A stretch of DNA of 63,875 nucleotides, the filler included, from Actinomycetota bacterium (lineage in GTDB: Bacteria; Actinomycetota; Acidimicrobiia; IMCC26256; VFJJ01): NCBI GenBank assembly GCA_009886115.1. It is 5 parts of 5 records of this genome, joined end to end, with 100 filler letters (N's around TTAATTAATTAA, not from the genome) between each part and the next. Parts side by side here need not be neighbours in the genome. Positions count along the whole stretch, not along the records: positions 60,296 to 63,875 come from VFJJ01000107.1; 4 more parts are not named here. One strand, given 5' to 3'. Numbering within the stretch: position 1 is the first letter of the stretch; every line of letters begins with the position of its first letter. Under the pieces are notes generated by a model. It searched no databases, was not told where the DNA came from, and worked only from the letters and a program-made list of their open reading frames with translations. Made by a program: the position numbers and the translations under genes. Of the stretch, positions 60,296-63,875 are shown piece by piece.

Positions 60296-61687
60296 CTGGG
60301 CCCAGGCGTCAGCTCCGAGCCGTGCGGCGCGGGTTCCGTCGGCCCCGAAGGCGCGTCCGCCGACAATGACGGGCAGGCCCTGTGCGTGAGCGATGTCGAT
60401 GAGCGTGATGACACCAGGAAAGAAGGTCGGCAAGCTGCACGAGATCGCGAGTGAGTCTGCGCCGCGACGGGTCAGCGATTCGGCGACGGACGGGCCAGGC
60501 GTGGACGCGCCCAGGATGGTGACACCGACGCCGAGGCTGCGCAATGACTCCCCGACCATCTGTGCCGCAAGCGAATGCCAGTCGCCCTCGGCGCAGACAA
60601 CAACGGTGTGACCGTCGCCAGCGGGCGCTTCGACTTCAAACACGAGCGCGTCGAGCGCGGCAATGGACACACCGGTTGCGACGTGTTCGTCAGCGACGGT
60701 GAGTTCGTTGCGGTGCCAGCGCTCTCCGACTTCGCGTTGTCCGGCGGCGAGCAGCTCGACGATCACACGACTTTGGGGTACGCCGCAGTCGAACATGTTC
60801 AGGGTCGTGAGGATGGCGGAGCGCCGCTCGCCGTTGACGGCGTCGGTCACGTAACCGTCGACCGACGCGTACGGCTGGGCGTCTGACGATTCGTATGGAA
60901 GCTCGTCAGTTTGTGACCACACCCATCGGTTGCGGCCCGCTTCCTTTGCCTCGTACAGAGCCGCGTCAGCCATCCGCAACGTCATATCGGGTGTACCGGC
61001 GGACCGGGCGACCCCGGCGGAGAACGTGACTGGCAGGGGGCGTATTGCCTCCCATGTCGTGCGCAGCCGCTCGAGCAGCGAGTTGGCTCCCTCCGGAGAC
61101 GCGATGACGACGACGAACTCTTCTCCGCCGAAGCGTCCGGCAATTTCGCCGGCGCGTACGACGGACTGCAGGGCGGTGCCGAACGCTTGCAGCACTTGGT
61201 CGCCGGTGTGGTGTCCGAACTCGTCGTTGACCTTCTTGAAGTGGTCGAGGTCGAGCATGATCACGGTGCCGTCGGCTCCGAGGCGTCCAAGGACCCGATC
61301 CATGGTGCGCCGGTTTGGAGGATTCGTCAGCCGGTCCGTTGAAGCCTCTTCACCGAGACGTTCAAGTTGTGCGCTCAGCCCCAGTGCCCTGCGCGCGTCG
61401 AACAGGAAAGGAACCAGGTAGTGGTCGAGATATGTCCGGGCGTCGCTGCCTGCCGGTGCCGAAGCGAACACCGTTTCACCGTGACCGAACGAGATGTCGG
61501 CGGGGATCACGGCATCGTTCGGGGCGTCGGGGGGAACCACGGATCCGCCGAGCTGTCGAACGAGTGTCTCGACGGTGAGGCGTGCATCTGCGGTCGTCTT
61601 GACCCACAGCAGCGAACGCATCGCGTCGAGCACCACTCCAGCAACCCAACCGGACAGGACAGCCGTCGGGGAGGTCACTGCCGACAC
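60296..61687 (-). CDS. Diguanylate cyclase fused to CarH-type cobalamin-binding module (3' lost in gap)
   Basis: DLDHFKKVNDEFGH and RFGGEEF, followed by GERW-x9-EH, EGDWHSL, LGASTP, ISCS, VIVGG, GADAWA. Confidence 0.88.
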
Positions 61688-61818
61688 CGTTCACGCACCG
61701 GCGTCCGCCGTACCGGAGCAGTCGTCGGCGCCGCAGTGGTCGCAGGAACTGTCGTGTCCGGTGCGGTCACAGCGTCGTCGGCAGCGACGCTGGTATCGAC
61801 GCCATCGACGTCTCCAGA

Positions 61819-63767
61819 CCGGACTTCGGCGGGTTGTGGTGGGTTTTGGGTGTCGGCGAGGCTGTGACCTGGGGTGATGGTTTGGCGGGGTCTTTTCGAG
61901 GCTGATTTGTAGGGGCGACAAGATCCATGTCGTTGGGGGTGTTGTGGGTTAGGGTCTTGGTATGTACGTGAAGATGACGGTTCGTCGTCGTGGCGAAACT
62001 GAGTACCGGTACTTGTCGTTGGTTGAAGCGGTCCGTACCGGCTCGAAGGTTTCCCAGCGGACGTTGTTGCGGTTGGGTGAGGTCAGCGAGCTACGCGAGA
62101 GCGGACAGTTGGACCGGATCATCTCGTCGTTGCAGCAGCATGCTGCCGATACGTGGCTTCCGGCTGGGGAACTTGCCGCTGACGGCGCTCCGGGGTTCGG
62201 GGCGGTCGCTGCTGTGCACGCGGTGTTCCGCCAGCTCGGGCTCGATGGGTGCTTCACGGGGGCCCGGAAGAACTCTCTGGCGTTGGCGGACAGCGTGTTC
62301 GTCATGATCGCGAACCGGTTGATCTCGCCGTGGTCGAAACGACGCACGATCGGCGAGTGGATCGACGGTGACGTGCAACTCCCGGCCGGGATGCACGTCC
62401 CATCGCTCGATCAGCTCTATCGAGCGTTGGACGCTGTCGCCGATCTGAAACCGGTTATCGAGCAGCACCTCTACTCGGAGCTGATCACGCTACTCGGGCT
62501 GGATCTCCGGTTGTGTTGCTACGACTTGACCTCGACCTACTTCGAGTCGGGCACCGCCGGCGATGAACGGTTCCCGTCGCGTCGGTTCGGGTACTCGCGC
62601 GACAAACGTTCCGACCGGCCCCAGGTGATGATCGGGCTCCTCGTGACCGGTGACGGGATCCCGATCGCACATCACGTGTTCCCCGGTAACACCAACGATG
62701 CGTCGACACTCCCGAAGGTGTTAGCTGATCTTCAGGAACGGTTCGGGATCGGCCGGATCGCGGTGGTCGCTGACCGTGGCCTGATCAGCGAAACCAACCT
62801 CGCTTCGGTCAGCGCAGCCGGGTTCGATCACGTGCTCGCCACCCGTTTACACCGTGACGCTGACGTCACTGCCGTGCTCGAAAGTGCCGCCACCGACAAG
62901 ACCGTGTGGGTCTCGGCACCCGGTGGACGTCAAGCCTGCGACATCGTCCATGACGACCACCGTTACGTCGTGATCGATTCCCCCGCTCGACGCCGCCGCG
63001 ACGACATCCGCCGCGAGCAACTCCTGGCCCGCACCGAAGACCAACTGGTCGCCCTGAGCACACGCGTACGGGCCGGCAACCTCATCGACCCAGCCAAGAT
63101 CGGTGCCGCCGCAGACCGGATCCTCCGAGACAGCGGTATCGCCCGTTGCTTCAAGACCTCGATCGTGGCTGGCCAGTTCACCTGGAACCATGACCAACAC
63201 GCACTCGACTACGAAACCCGGCTCCTCGCTGGCCGCTACGTCGTCACGACCTCATTGAGCCACGATCAGGCCAGCACCGCACAAGTCGTGGGCCACTACC
63301 AGAGCCTCGCCAACGTCGAACGACGATTCCGGGTACTCAAAGACTTCCTCGGGCTCAGACCCGTGTTCCACTGGACCGAAGACCGCGTCAAGGGCCACAT
63401 CGCCATCTGCGTCCTCGCCGCCGTCATCGAAGCCGTCATCGCCAACCGTCTCGCCACCGCCGACATCCGCGACCCCGACCTCACCGACCAGACCATCAGC
63501 GCCCGACGAGCGCTCGCTGAACTCAACCGGATCCGCACCCACAACCTCACCGCCGGCGACCGCCAGATCCAAGTCATCACCCGCCGCAACCCGCTCCAAA
63601 CAGCGATCTGCACCGCACTCAAAATCGACACCACCACCTGGGACAACGCCCACATCACCTAACCCCACCAGCCCCTGAAGGCAGCGTCCCACCACCATGT
63701 AGGGGAAACACAACCCGACCACGCCCCCGCTCACCAGCACAAACACCAACAACCCGCCGAAGTCCAG
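61819..63767 (+). mobile_element. IS1634-family insertion sequence
   Basis: Terminal inverted repeats 61817-61837 / 63749-63769 (20/21 match, core GGACTTCGGCGGGTTGT) flank a single transposase. Exact ends are +/-2 nt and no target duplication is visible. Confidence 0.88.
61962..63662 (+). CDS. IS1634 family DDE transposase
   Basis: YDLTSTYFE, GYSRDKRSD, GNTND, VADRG, Y..L..VERRFRVLK, LRPVFHW. Confidence 0.93.
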   Translation: MYVKMTVRRRGETEYRYLSLVEAVRTGSKVSQRTLLRLGEVSELRESGQLDRIISSLQQHAADTWLPAGELAADGAPGFGAVAAVHAVFRQLGLDGCFTGARKNSLALADSVFVMIANRLISPWSKRRTIGEWIDGDVQLPAGMHVPSLDQLYRALDAVADLKPVIEQHLYSELITLLGLDLRLCCYDLTSTYFESGTAGDERFPSRRFGYSRDKRSDRPQVMIGLLVTGDGIPIAHHVFPGNTNDASTLPKVLADLQERFGIGRIAVVADRGLISETNLASVSAAGFDHVLATRLHRDADVTAVLESAATDKTVWVSAPGGRQACDIVHDDHRYVVIDSPARRRRDDIRREQLLARTEDQLVALSTRVRAGNLIDPAKIGAAADRILRDSGIARCFKTSIVAGQFTWNHDQHALDYETRLLAGRYVVTTSLSHDQASTAQVVGHYQSLANVERRFRVLKDFLGLRPVFHWTEDRVKGHIAICVLAAVIEAVIANRLATADIRDPDLTDQTISARRALAELNRIRTHNLTAGDRQIQVITRRNPLQTAICTALKIDTTTWDNAHIT

Positions 63768-63875
63768 TCAGCGAGGTAGGCGTCGAGTCGCTCGGACAGC
63801 CACAGCTCAGCGTTGTAGGCGAGTAGACGCAGGACCATCTGCAGGCTGCGCCCCCCGAGCATCGTCGGGTCGAGC
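63768..63875 (-). pseudogene. Fragment of a second putative transposase, interrupted by the IS1634
   Basis: Minus strand reads LDPTMLGGRSLQMVLRLLAYNAELWLSERLDAYLAD and stops at the IS end. Resemblance to large actinobacterial putative transposases is from recall only. Confidence 0.5.

Overview
High-GC bacterial DNA, most likely Actinomycetota of the Acidimicrobiia type. That placement is an inference from the gene repertoire, the Thr-rich lipoproteins and the ruvCAB-yajC-secDF-apt-relA order. The window is five contigs joined by artificial 100-nt N...TTAATTAATTAA...N linkers (11097-11196, 39742-39841, 51161-51260, 60196-60295), so adjacency across linkers means nothing. Contig 1 carries redox and accessory genes, ChrA, a MoaD/ThiS protein and a Cu-type P1B ATPase. 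Contig 2 is a large catabolic region: sulfatase, thiolases, DUF35, a xanthine-dehydrogenase-family trio, a fused acyl-CoA dehydrogenase, a Rieske-glutamate-synthase-like fusion, a mycofactocin-type SDR, amidohydrolases and a Liv-type ABC transporter. Contig 3 is a CoA-transferase / kinase / acyl-CoA dehydrogenase cluster with a TetR. Contig 4 is core housekeeping. Contig 5 holds a GGDEF + CarH-type B12-binding fusion beside an IS1634-family element. Highlights missed by the ORF track: (1) two genes split by an in-frame TGA exactly at a redox-Cys position (AhpD-like C-H-I-U; ResA-like W-A-S-W-U-G-C), each followed by a similar SECIS-like hairpin, i.e. probable selenoproteins, one translationally coupled into an acyl-CoA dehydrogenase operon; (2) a probable B12-photoreceptor diguanylate cyclase; (3) a 21/22-identical palindromic operator-like motif upstream of catabolic genes on two different contigs; (4) a REP-like palindrome family at contig ends; (5) several genes collapsed by internal deletions and many short tandem repeats near gene ends.
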